Positions 36,638 to 50,000 of a stretch of 64,000 nt of DNA are shown here, one piece after another. This stretch comes from Owenia fusiformis (lineage: Eukaryota), in NCBI GenBank assembly GCA_903813345.2, contig CAIIXF020000001.1:30318001-30382000 (forward strand), in the 5' to 3' direction. Below the pieces are notes generated by a model, which saw only the letters and a list, made by a program, of their open reading frames with translations, made no database searches and was not told the origin of the DNA. The translations under genes and the position numbers were made by a program. The first letter of the stretch is position 1. Each line of letters begins with the position of its first letter.

Positions 36638-37856
36638 TTCGTCTAATTTTGGGAAGACCCTTGAGCATGATTTTTTACCAAGGAATATCAACTATTTCGC
36701 ACAACTTATTCTTTAAACTTAAAAGCTACTTCATCCAGGACAAAATAAATCACCCCATGCAATGACTTATCATTATTTTGCAGGAATATTGTTGGAAGCA
36801 AGTTCGGATCAAATGCAACGTTTTTGAAAATGGCGCAGACACCCTAGATACTCCGAAAGATCGTCCATCGTTCTTTTCACAACGTTTATATGAAGGCTTT
36901 TTAAACTATCCGGTATAGTCGTATTATTGATGAAAACATCTTCTATTCAAATAAGTGCGTTTCGGTTATGCTTTGTTTTAAAAAAGTTAAAGATATTTCT
37001 TTAGACGTCCCCGGAGCTGGTAAGTCCCCCGGAGCAGAACAACTGCAATTGATAATAAAAACGTTTTGATGTATCATTTATAAATACAAGCGATTGTTCG
37101 AATATGAAACGTATTTTGTTAAGTTCAGACTGCTTGATAACAAATTAGGCCTACACTATTTGAATATTACTATATGATTTTTCAGTGTTTTTATTATGTA
37201 ATTTATTCTTTAAACATATCATAATTGGCATGATCCTGCAGCGTTTGATATTCATGAAAATGTGGAGCAAGTACACTGAAACAATAACAATTTAAACTTT
37301 ACAATCTCTAAAATGAGTGGAGTGTATCTGAAAAACAAAACTATTTTTGCAATGGATTGATTTTTCCTTGAAAAAGTGATGGGTAATAAATACTTTGAAC
37401 AAATGCTTGTGTTTATAAAATATATGTTATTAGATAACTCATTTTACAACGTTTTTATTATTTAACGCAATCAATTGATTTGGTTTTGGGGACTTGCCAG
37501 CCCGGGGGACGTCCCAAGAAATGTATTAAATTTTAATTGAAATAAAACAAAACAGAGATGTACACATTTGAAAGAACATGTGTTTCATCAATTTTACGCC
37601 TATTTTATGATACTGCGTAAATGTTGTAAAAATCTTTCGGAGCATGGGACGTCTGCATTGTTTTCAATAACATTCAATAACTTCGAATTGGACCAGAACT
37701 GGCTTAAAACAAAATTCCTACAAATGCTGATTTAGCCATTCCCCAAGATGTTTTATTTTATCTGAGAAGAAGCAGCTTTTAAGTTAATTGAGCGAAATTA
37801 TTTTTATTTCTAAATGTAAAATTTCATGCTCTGAGGTCTTCCAAAAACTAAACGAT
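36638..37856. mobile_element. Old degenerate foldback element
   Basis: Paired inverted motifs ggaagacc.tgagcatga/tcatgctc.gaggtcttcc and gacgtcccc..aagtcccc/ggggactt..ggggacgtc. Confidence 0.55.
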
Positions 37857-38576
37857 CTCACTCCGTACCTAAGGTTGCCAAACTTTTTGAGAGAAGTTTA
37901 ACTTCACTATGACATGTTTTTAACAAAATAAGGCTCTCACATTCGCCATAACAAATATCAATTCATTTACTGATCATATATTTGTAGTTCTCAAATAGCA
38001 AAGTAATTTAATTGTGAGACTCACAATCATTGATTTTCCAAAGAAAGGGTATAGGTTTAAAATTCAAACTAGTAACGGTTTTGCGGTTTTAATATTTATT
38101 ATAATATTCATTATTCACACATTTGACTGAAAACATTTTTGGACCAGTTTTTTCCGGGTTCACCCAAGGGGGCTGGCGGGGGCGGGGCTCTCTGTTTAAA
38201 GTCCAATTACGCTTTGTAAGTTGTGAAATATACGTTTTCCCCATGGTTTTGAACTTCATTACAATATGGTTATTTGTTACTTCCTGCGAAAGCTATGTGG
38301 ATTTTGATATAAGTTTCAAAATCTAACATGGCTCTCGAAGTGAGTAGTATTTGATAATATTTTCGTATGTGAGCTCAAATATTGCCTTGGGCTCTCCAAG
38401 TATGTGACTCTTCCGATGTCGGGATTATTTACCTATTTTATTGATAAATGAAGTCCGATGCTTTTCACTAGCCATTCAAATTGATGTTTCTTCGAGAGAT
38501 GACTAATGGAATAAAGATGATACAAATTTATGATTTGTGGTTGCCATGCACAAAATATCATTCATTTATACAAACT

Positions 38577-39813
38577 AGCATGGTACCAAATCCACACCGG
38601 AATACCCTGACAACGGTAAAGTCAGGCTACCGTTGTCACAAATGGCGGACATAACCGTCAATTCGATTTTCATGAACTATATGTTTAATAGAGTACAACG
38701 ATCAATCAAAGTGTTTTATACTCATCGTATGGTTACATCTGTTCTACCATCGAAATAAAGCCTTTAACTTAACCGATCAAAATAAGACTCTTGAAAACGG
38801 ATACCGTATAATGACAACTGTAAATGTGGGTCAAATGTGTTGTAAAATCGGAATCTTGATTTTCTCAATATAAATATATCAAAAGTTTATTTTACACTAC
38901 CTATATTAACAACTTTTGAAATAGGGATGGGGATTGAAATGCGATAAAGTTAAAAACACATATCCCATGTTATTTTTCCAATAGATAAAACTCGTGCCAT
39001 CCATTGTTTTCAGCATAATTTTGGTCATCGAAAATCACCTTTCAATCCATTCTACTTTTGTAGACATTCTAGCCCCCTTGTTCAATAATCTTTTCGTGCA
39101 ATAAAAATCAGAAAAAGATCCTCTTTTAATAAATAGGTTCAAAATTTTGAAAAAAATGTTGGCATGGGTCCCTTTTCATAATTTTTCGAATTCTTTGATT
39201 GATGTTTTTATTATCCCTGAGAATTTAGCAGCACAGTTGCTACTATCACTACCAGATCTATCCTACCTCGATTGTCTTAAAGACATGACCACATAAGGAG
39301 GCGCTTAGAGGAAATGAAATATACTATTCTGTGGCTAAATGTAAAAAATCTAAAATCCTACGTTACTTGAAAAGAGGAGGGTGTAACACTGTTAGGGGAA
39401 GTATTCTTTTTTCAATAAAAGTTAACAACTATAATTTACACTCATCGTACGTCTAGTTCCCGTTGTCATTTCTCCTATGTTCCGATTCAATACATCCACC
39501 ATAGTCCGTTGTCATACCTTACCAGATGCCGTTGTCTCTGTTAATAATTTCAGATTCAGATTCCGTTGTCATGACGATATCGAAGACGGTAAATTGTGGC
39601 GATTCACGACCCCATTTTATCGAAATTGGGATTTCATATAATACATTATCACAATGATTAAAACACGCACAGAATTAGCGACGGTAGTGTCCAATGAAAC
39701 GAGGACCAGGTGATTAAAGAGTTGAAGCGACAGTAATGTCCGCCATTTGTGACAACGGTATCTGACTTTACCGTTGTCAGGGTGATATCGGTGTGAAATC
39801 GTTACGCAATGCG
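38577..39813. mobile_element. Non-autonomous TIR element with repeated ccgttgtca motifs
   Basis: About 80-bp inverted ends (ccctgacaacggtaaagtcag..acaaatggcggacat); imperfect flanking repeat atacaaa(c/t)t; a fragment of one end recurs at about 59956-60010. Confidence 0.75.
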
Positions 39814-39913
39814 ATACAAATTGAATGCCTAGTGATGATGATATTGCCGCAAATCAAATCGAAAATAATATCTATCTTTAAGACACTTGTTATCTATTCT
39901 AATTGTGTCAATC

Positions 39914-39933
39914 CATGGGCTTTCAACAAGATG
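39914..39933. mobile_element. P-like remnant, 7-bp TSD GTCAATC
   Basis: gtcaatc-catgggctttcaacaagatg-gtcaatc. Confidence 0.8.
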
Positions 39934-42290
39934 GTCAATCCAAGTATATATTCTTTCGAGTGACTCATAATTTGGGGGATATTCTCATACCAAATCCTAA
40001 AATTTGGGTCCATTGCCATACCGAATGTTAAAAAAGGTTCGGGGTGAACAAAATGCTTCGTGGTCAATTCCCATGTTTAATGTCAAAACCATCAAGCTAG
40101 TGTCTCAGTCATAATAATCGTTCAAGTGAATTTCCCGCAAATTAAAAGTCTTTGCGAAATACACGTGGCAAATTACCATTTGCGTTCCGAATTACGTTGC
40201 GACAAATCCAAGGATACTAGATTAGTATGACGCAACGCAAGAGGCGCAAATGTCCAAATCGCAAGCGCATCGCAAACACCGAATCGTTTGGGCAGACGGT
40301 CCATGATCACAGTGATGATGAGGCCTCAGCTGAGCAGCTGGAACTATGAATGCAAGCTATCATGCTGTCATTCACTTTGAGTTGATGTAAATGAAGCAAA
40401 ATAGTTATTGTCAAATTTGAAATAATTAATTTCTACAGGTTGGTCCAAAAAGGGGGGAACGATTTCATTTTGCAATATAAAAACAAGTAATGTAGCCTAT
40501 GTGTAGAATATTTTATACCATTGGAAAGAGCATTAAATTTACTAAAGCATAAATATTGTAGTGCTGAAAATAAATACCTGTAGTGTCATGACTATAGTAT
40601 GTGAGTAGGGGGTGTCATCATTCTGATACTCATAGCATCTTTCTGTTTCATCTGAAACATGTTCTGATATCATGAGGCATATTCTGTGATAAGCACATCA
40701 GATGGGAAGAGTTTAACTGTCAATAAGTGTGACAATTATCATGTAATCATTTCAAGACATTCTAATCAGGCTGAGAATCTGATGACCATAGTAAATCTGC
40801 CATTTTTTACTATTACGGAATCATCAGGTGCTGCCATCTATTATAATACAATAATATAATACCAATATTTTATAAGGCCTAAAAATAAAGATGAAGTGTA
40901 TGTATTGCAGAAAGGCAACAGTCATTTGTTTAATGGTCATTAAAAACACAAAAAGTGATTTTTATGTGATGTAAAAGTAGTCACAACATGCATTCGATCA
41001 AAAGTTATCATGGACGGATACCTTTAAAGGGTAAAACATGATTTATATGACAGAAAAAATTTTGTTTTTATAGTATCAAATACATCTTTAAATAAATAAA
41101 CCCTGATTTATCTAACATCTGACGCACAGTATGACATTGTTCAACATTGTGTGAAGGCATCTAGACAGATACACCTATCTTATTACCTGAGAACTATCTA
41201 CCGATATTCTTTAACAGTGTAAGAGTGAACTATGTTAGGTCTGAATCAACAATTGAACATGTAAAATTGATGAACTAAGATTTATTTGTTAAGTACCTGT
41301 CGAAAGAACAACTTGAGATAATGAACTAACAAAGATATAAGCTCAATGTTCACAATCTTCAGTGCTAGTAGTAGGGACCAGTGAATATGATTTGAGTTAT
41401 ATTTTGAATCATCGAGAATGTTACGCTCCTGAATGCATCTACTGAAGAATCGCGATGATGTAGTTCATTAAAATGAGAGGGAAGTGTAAAGTAGAATTGA
41501 TACACAATAATAGAATAAGAAGCATCCAAAAATTACACACACAGGAAGGTGGACAGGTATGTTTACCACCCTTACGGATTTCTATTAACCTGGGGTGTTT
41601 TTAAAAAAAAATTTAAAGTGAGATTTATTTATTTATTGTCAGCTTTACAGTGTTTGCAAATTGTCAACATGCCCTCTAGACGTGCCTTATAAAGGTTCAT
41701 AGGATGATACAAAGTGAACAATTTACAGTGATTTTAAGTAATTTACTTATTTTCGTTGATAAAATTAATGTTTTGGTAATTTTAATCTTAAATTAATAAT
41801 CAGGTCTCAACTGTTGGTATATACAGAGACATATATTAAAAGACATATAAAACACTGATTTATATGTCTCCAGTCACATAGCAGATTTGAAAATCTAGCC
41901 TAGGGATTTAACATGCAGTATAGTTATAGTTATACAGGGAGTGACATCAAACTGTAAAACGGTATTCATGTATATAACTCGAATTTGCAATTCTGCCGCA
42001 CTTAGTTATTAAGTGTCCCACCCTCTGCCCCCCCCCCCCAGAGCTGGGCCTGTTGTTTAGGTCTAAAATAGTGCTAGAAATTATTCATCGATTCTTTGGA
42101 ATTTATAATAGCTATTTTGACGTGAAACTTACTTTCTTATTAGTGGCCTAATCTTCCTTTGCTAAATCAATAATCCATGGCTTATAACTATGATTCACAA
42201 TATATGTTTTCCTTTTAAATAAACTAGTAGTTTTATTTTGTATAAATGACCGTGAAAGAATTAGACAGTATGATCCTATGATAAGAATAA

Positions 42291-42719
42291 CCCAGATGCG
42301 AGTAGAAATAATCTTGATTTACGTCATTAAAAATTCAAAATTCAGTCAAAGTAATATCATATTTGAAATCTACATGTAAAATTACATCTAGAAATGTGGT
42401 TTTAAAAAGTGTTTATCAACTTTGAAAAATTAATTTTCTTTGAAAATGTGACTTCTAGCTCGGGGAGATTCCCTATAGACCCCATGCTATAAAATCACAA
42501 AAATGAAATATCTTTTCTTTGAGTGGACAGATAATATTTTGCTTTACTGGACATATTTTCATTAGTATAAGTATCAGACACATAAGGGTTATATGAAAAT
42601 TGAGTCACTTAAATTGATATTATTCAAGTTTAAGGGAACTTTCTTATATACCTGCCATGTTAATTGACCCGAATCAGCCACCTGGTGGTGAAACTGGTAA
42701 CTACCTACTCGCATTTGGG
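42291..42719. mobile_element. MITE with CCC..GGG termini (piggyBac-like)
   Basis: cccagatgcgagtag / ctactcgcatttggg; no perfect TTAA flanks. Confidence 0.55.
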
Positions 42720-43297
42720 TAATTGAATAGCCAACAGTATTGTAAACACAACAGTAAAAGTTTGTTTATTTTACTACTGCATTCACTCCGAGCTGTCTTG
42801 AAGAACTTTCATTAGCTGTTCTATCGATCGAACGTTGTCCTGTTGTTCGCGTGTAGAAGAACGTCAAAGAAATATATCTTGTACATAAATTACTCTAATA
42901 CTGTCCACATTACAAAGTTTATGCTTACATTAAAATTTAGAAATCTGAGAAGCTATAATTTTAGATTCAAATTGACTATAAAAAATATATTATTATCGTT
43001 AATTGATTTTTGAAGAGGGAGGAAGTAATCGTCATTAAACCAGCAACACATTAGAATGGAAGCAGCCATGTTTTCGCTGTGATACTTCTCAACCTTTATA
43101 TCTCCCATAACTGATCGTAATATGGCCAATTATAATTACAAATAGTCAACGGCTTTAGTAACACAAGGATTAGCTGGAACCGGTGCCAAATGGAATGCTT
43201 CCATACAATGGATTTATAAAACAGCCAAAACATAAAATTTGTCAATTTTTACAAAAATCTTCAAAAATAATTTCCAGTGATCTCATGAAGGTTCCAG

Positions 43298-46200
43298 ATG
43301 GAAGGTCGAGATCGAGATATACGAAACATTCCTACAAAGGATCTTATGCTACCACTGAGCATCCTGCAGCTTGACCCAGCAGACCGTGCAGTTCTGAAAA
43401 TAGCAGGTGAGAGAAAATGAAATGTCATGTTGACTTTTAGGATCAGCTCAGTAGACAACTATTATGATTCATCCACCAGCATCCCATCATGAGCAACACA
43501 TTAAGAATCATATTATGTTTATGTGATCAAACCACATCAATTTGTATACAAAATCAATGATTTGTGAAATATTTATGAGCGTTCAAGGCTTCATTCATGA
43601 TAAGTGTCCTCAGTTCAACCCGTTAGACTATTAGGGCTAATGTCGATAATGTTGCAGTCACATACCAGTGCCCTCCCCCCTAAGGTGGGGCCCCACATAA
43701 ACTGGGCAACAAAAGAGGTTGTGGATACAGGTTTACCGGGGGGGGGGGTGAATTTACCAAGGGGAAGCTTTTGCCAAGGGGATGGGGGAGTTTTTTGAGT
43801 GGCCGCTCCTCCCCTGGCTACGGGCCTGCAGTAAAAATGATTTAAGTTCAAGAATTAAAATTTTGGAAAAAGTAATATCAAAAACGGGAACAAGATGGAT
43901 GTCGATGCTCTAGATACTCGATACTCAATGTCTATACTCTGGACCTAACCGATAGTGTAATAATAGGTACAGGAATATCTATCATGTTCTCTAGATAAAC
44001 TATATATTCCTGCACAGAACATACCTCGAACCTCAGTAGGTATGGAGTAATACACATTATGTACTGGGTCAATGTAAATACTATATACTTCATGTTTTAT
44101 TAATCATTACAATTTAGGTTAATTGTGTTGCCACCAGGCCTGTGTTCATATGCCTGTTGATATTCCTATAGATGATGACCTGATTGCTTTGAAGTTCATA
44201 TTCTCAAATACAATAGGCTATCAATTTCTTTTTCATTGACTTATAGTTGGCTTGAATTGAATTGAATCAGGATACAACATTTGAAAGTGGGTTTGTATTT
44301 CAAAAATTTCTACCATGTATGTACGATGGTGTTACAAGTGACATCTAGATTGAAGATGCTATTCGTTGCACGTACATCATCTCTGAAGAATTCCAGATGG
44401 TGAATTCAGTAAGAAAATTTTTTCTCGGAATTTTCCCAAATCTTGCTGAAAAAATTTAGTAAAGAGATTTCATAAGAGGATGCAACCATTGTTCAATTCC
44501 TCCCCCCCCCAGTAATGGTATTCTGATTTATCAGTCTTTATTAAAAGCTTGTGAGAGCATGTGTATTCCAAGGAATAGTATAGGCTGTGACAATATTGAT
44601 GATGATGGCCCCAAGAAAAGTTATATCTAGGCATATCCCTCACATGCATTAAGATCTGAAACAAAGCTAATGGCCCAACATGTATATGAGGTTAATTACT
44701 AAGGTATACTTCATCATCTGCAAACCTCACAGGTAGCTGTCAAAGTCGCATCATTTTGCTTCTCCTGTTAGAAGTGAACCCTGTAATAGAATCTTTCAAT
44801 ACCAACCATAATCATCTGTTTTCTCTTATTTTCTCCATGTGTTTAACAGTTTCTTGTCTGCCCAAGAACCAAGCAATAAGAACTGTTGTTTTATTGCAAC
44901 AAAATACATCTAAATTTGTCGTACAGTTTTCATACTGTTTTGTTTGATTAAGGTTTTACATGTTGTCCAATGTCCATGAAGTGTCAACAGCTATATATCT
45001 TCGGCCACTCAATGTTTCAGTATAATTGATAAATTTTAATTTACAGTTTTAAAGTGAATTTTGTTGCTAGTTATTTCTACTTATTTAACAGTATATAGCA
45101 AGTTAAACTGTATACTATAGTCCATGTGTGAATGTGTTATAATATGAACTAAACCAATAACTCATAACTTACACATGTCAATACATTAATAAAGTGATAG
45201 TTTAATTTTTAATAATGAAGTACTGTCTATTAACGTTCAGTAATAAATGAATCCCTTAAAGATATTAAATAAATGTTTTGGGTGATGAGAGGTTTGTCAT
45301 CTTCAAAATATGCTCAAGGGTCTTTACCCATGCATATCTACTTACACACCCCTGATTACTGTTAATAATTATAATGACTGTAATGCTACTGTATTACAAT
45401 CCCTGTGTGAGAAAGTTCAGCTCAGTTGACATTTGGACTGTGTACACAAATCATTGATCATAATAGCTATACACTTATCCATGTTAAGGGCCATCAGGTC
45501 TTGCTATTTATAAGGCTGTCAATAGCCCAGTGACGAGGTTGTCCTGAATGGGGTCTCTTGAAATTTACATATTTTAGCATATTGGATGAAATAAGATAGA
45601 CGTGTATGGATATCTAAACACACATAGGAGTAACAATTGTGGATTAGGCTACCACCCTGGGGTATACATCTATTAAGGGTGGTAGATCTGAAGCTTTAAA
45701 TAGCAGAGTTGTTATTTTACATCGCAGTGACTTGTTCCATTCACAATGCTCCACACATTCAATACAGGATCTTTACAATTTTAATATTGGATTTATCAGG
45801 TCAACATGGATGCTAAAACGAAAAGTGAAGCTCTAAAGTTTTATGAAACAAATCGAAAGCAGGCAATTAGTAAGTAAAGGGAGGGGTAAGGCTGGGAGGA
45901 TATAAACAGTGATGTATATTCTGGATGTATGTTTTTTTCTTTACCCTAATGTTAAACCTAGAAATACTTTCAAGGTTGATTATGTTTACAGGTGTTTATA
46001 AATCTTTTAGTATGAAGGTAGTGTTTTTAAAAAAAATATTTACAGGTGTATATTTCTTTAGTTTTATGTAATTTTAGAATATACTGTATGTACATTGTCA
46101 AAACATTTACTATATATTCCCTAGTTGAGACAATTGTTAAGATCGGTCATTCAGACATTTAGAGTTTTGACATTTATGTTTTCAGACATATTTCACTTAC

Positions 46201-46432
46201 ACTTTTAAAACAGACTCATTCCTAAGTAGGGTTCAGTTGTGGCCATAATGTTGCCCTTTTTAGATAATACTATTTTTGATAGTCATTTGACCTCATAGTT
46301 ATATATTAATGTCTTATTCACTATTTTGAAGTGGTTAATGCTTTATAAATTGATGTTATTTTCGTTTTAGATGAAAGAGACCGGGTGCAAAAGAAGACAT
46401 TCACAAAATGGGTTAACAAACATCTTATAAAG
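43298..46432 (+). CDS. shot: 5' end of a spectraplakin/plakin gene (short stop / plectin / dystonin / MACF1 family), partial
   Basis: Exon 43298-43406 (MEGRDRDIRNIPTKDLMLPLSILQLDPADRAVLKIA, phase 1) joins exon 46371-46432 (DERDRVQKKTFTKWVNKHLIK, start of the CH1 domain). LDPAxRAVLxIADERDxxQKKTFTKWVNKHL is characteristic of this family; orthology to shot specifically is inferred. Confidence 0.85.
45806..45869 (+). CDS. Probable alternative first coding exon of the spectraplakin (MDAKTKSEALKFYETNRKQAI)
   Basis: CAACATGG start context, open frame, consensus gtaagt donor in phase 1, matching the 46371 exon. Confidence 0.7.
46371..46432 (+). CDS. shot: Spectraplakin common exon: start of calponin-homology domain 1
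   Basis: ttcgttttag acceptor, 62 nt, AAG/gtaaga donor; DERDRVQKKTFTKWVNKHLIK. Confidence 0.93.
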
Positions 46433-46487
46433 GTAAGATTCTTCTCATGGGAGTGGGATACCTCCATTGCTAAAAGTTTGTTATTCC

Positions 46488-47033
46488 TTATCCCGTTCCC
46501 GGACTATAGTCCTGCACTGATCGCATTCATTTGCCTGTACGATTACAACTTGGGAGAATTATCTACGCCCCTTACACTTAAGATACCTACCTCAATGCAT
46601 TATAGAACTCAAGATGTAACTTCTAATATATTGGAACCGCCGATTGTCTGGGTATATCGGCAGAACGAGAACATTTTCTCTTTTTCATCGATAGAGATTC
46701 CATCACTTTTCAAAATGGCGGTTGGATTTAAACGGGGAATCCCCCGTTTGGCTGTCCCAGATGTAGCCCGGAAGTACCAATATGGAGGAATTTGACGGTT
46801 GAAAAAGGTTAAATGTTACACGCAAATATTGCGATCAAAAACGAAAATGTCTTCGTTCTGCCGATAAACCCAGACAATTGTGGATTCAACTACACGAAAA
46901 GAATGCAAAATTACCAAGGAATCTATTGAAGTAGGTATCTGAAGTGTAAGATCAGTAAAAAATTCTCCCATGTTGTAATCGCACAGGCAAAAGATTGAGA
47001 TGTTCACAGGACCATAGTCCGGGAACGGGATAA
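46488..47033. mobile_element. MITE with TTATCC termini and 8-bp TSD GTTATTCC
   Basis: gttattcc-ttatcccgttcccggacta..tagtccgggaacgggataa-gttattcc; long imperfect arms. Confidence 0.87.
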
Positions 47034-50000
47034 GTTATTCCCATATCATTAAAAGCAAAGCGCAGTGTACAGTATATTTGTGACATTAACAACACCCATC
47101 CCAGACATTTCCTTTACCATACATGTCTAAAAACCTACACAGACCACAAAATCTATAGACTTACAAACATTTCCTTCCCAATATTCAGACACTCTCTTAT
47201 CAAGTTACATTCTCTGTTTACAATCAGAGAAAAACTTCAAATCTGTCATGTTTGTCTTGCCAGTTTAGCTAAATCAGTCTTGGATAGATTAACTGTAACA
47301 CCTTGAATGCTTCTCTTTTGATATTTTGTGTGACTGAAAGGCCATATTTCAACACACATACATAGATTACTGAGTATGTTGATCTTACTTCTGTATTTAA
47401 TATAAGTGTATCGGATTTACATTGACTTCACAAAGCAATCCAGGTCTTTAAAATTTGGATAATAATGTGAACTGCTTGTAATCTCAACAAATCCTGTTTT
47501 AGTGTATAGTGCAAAATTAGACATTGCCATCTCTTCTTAACCATCTATGGACATATATCCTGTCTTGTGGTATATATGTTAATAGGTTTAACACTGTTAC
47601 TTATGATATTTTGCCAAAAGCTGTCGATTTCCCCTAATGTAAGTCAAATAAAGCACATGTTAAATGGTCCTACATGTGTATATGGGACACTTGGCTGAAA
47701 TAGGAACCCTGATAGCATTGCATTCTCCTCAATGTTGTACTTATATTGAGAGATATACTTCGATACTGTTAGGGAGAGGAGGAAGTATTTTGGGGGGAGG
47801 TATTTCGGGAAGAGGTGGTTATTGCTGGGAGGGGGGGGGGGTAGAGGTACTTTTAAGGATCAGATATGAATGGTCCAGTTGTACTCTATATGAGAAAACA
47901 TATCCAAAACATACATGCATATAATTCGCATGACGAGATACGAATCAAATACAAAAATAGAGCCCTTAAATGAAGTCATGTGTAGTAATGATGCATTTTA
48001 ATTGTCTGATTACATACCAAGATAAGTTGGTATGACCTTATGACTGATGAAAGCTTAACTATTATGTAAATGTCAATGAAAAAATGTCACATTTGATTAA
48101 GAAATTTTAATTGTATTGTTATATATCATGCAAAAGATACCTGTACAATGTAAGCATACATTTATTGAAAATTCAATTTGTTATTCAGTGCAGTATATGT
48201 AAAGCAATATACTACATTATTAAGTACATATTTTGATACATGCTCTATGTAAGTGGCAATACAGTTAAACCTCTCAAAGTGAGCTTGAAATACACATGAT
48301 TTAAAAGGTTTTGTTAACATGGGAGTCAATAGGATATTAAAAATAGAACTGAAATGTGTTCATATATTCGAATGTTCACTTCTGAGAAGTGTTTAAATGC
48401 ATCAATTTTACTTCAATGAATGATTACCAGTATTAGTATTTCTGACTGTCAATTGTATAACATCTTGAGGGTCTATAATATTAATATGAATTATGGGAAA
48501 TTTTATCAGCTTTGTTATCATATGAGCTATAATTAATTCTAAGTTATTGTACCCAGTAATCCCAAAATAAATTATTAGTCAGTATGAGTTTAGAGTAAGC
48601 TTTACGGCTAACATTCAAGGGACAAAGATCCTTTTTAAAGAACAAGTACATGTACAAAAAATATAATGGAGTAGGTTATTTTATGTTGCATATCAATACA
48701 ATATCATTTTTATGGCAAAAAGTGGTGACATATTGTTATGGTCTCCTTTTTTTGACGACGGATGGCGATCAGTTGTTGGTGGTTGGTGATCAGCGTCTGT
48801 TACAAATTCTTACAACTACCAATAACTTAACAAATACTGTTTAGACTGACTTCAATTTTTTCAAAATCATCTACATGTAGCCAGAAGTTCACATCTGACT
48901 TTATATTTAAAATTTGACCTTTAATGACCTTTTCAAGGTCAAAGAAGGTCAAAACATTGTTTTCACTGTGAATTATACATTTTTCACCTGTTATTGAACG
49001 TTTATGCCTTATACTCACAAAGGCTACATGTATTATCAAAACAAAACAAAAGCTGAATGATAATGTGAGAAAAACAAGTTCTGAGAAACATACTTCACAA
49101 TCTGAGTGCTGTTAATCTCATTGATCATAAATGTTATTTGACAATCCTTTTGACAAGCCTTTGATTATGAAGATTTCTGATAATATAGTAGGTGATTACA
49201 AATCCCTGATATGGTGTCCATATATATCTCTTACAGTATTTCAAGAAATATATGTACTCAAAGCCAGCTTTCTCCATGTTCTGGTATTAGCCATTTTCTG
49301 TATATTGTATGGAGAAGATACTATATTGAGCTAGAATTGAAATTCAAGGGAAGAGGGAATGAACTTTGTTGGTTCCTTATTGTGCAACACTTGCATATTT
49401 CATCTATGTAAAGTGGGTTAAGTGATACTGCATTGTGCATAAAGCTTCTATGTCTATTTACTCATTGATAGTGCACATTCATGGTACACCTGAGGGTTTA
49501 CATTATCTAATCATTATTGCAATGGTATCAAAAGCTAAATATTGTTCTGCTCCTCTAGTCCTACTGGACATATGATTATTGTTCTGTAATCACTGAACTG
49601 AATTTCACTGTCATTTTGCATCTTGGGACTACCTGTATCTATTCTTTCTTGATTATCATTGCCATGGAATACCATTTAATTTGAACACCCCTTGTATTTT
49701 AGTTCCCTTTATAGCTGGGTTATGTTTGTGTTTCGATATTCTTTTGTCGTCATTCGTACCACTATATATCTTTGAGTCATTTATCATTGATTTCAACATT
49801 TGGATTCTCATATTCTGATACCCTGTTGCTGCTAGGAATGAGTATTACCTTTAATAAGTGACATTTTATATGAGTTGCATGATATATTAGTCACTAAAAC
49901 GCTACAATACATTGTGAGGACACTTTATATCTGGGAACCCCATTAAATAACATATTTCTGCATCGATCACATCTCAAATTTTTTATGGAGCTAAATATTT

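Noticed and set aside
5925..39933. CATGGGCTTTCAA repeats as a CRISPR array or transcription-factor site
   Set aside because: Eukaryotic context, dispersed rather than regularly spaced, and flanked by TSDs matching a transposon TIR
46433..46795. Continuation of the MQKKTFTKW ORF
   Set aside because: Read-through past a consensus donor into intron and MITE sequence
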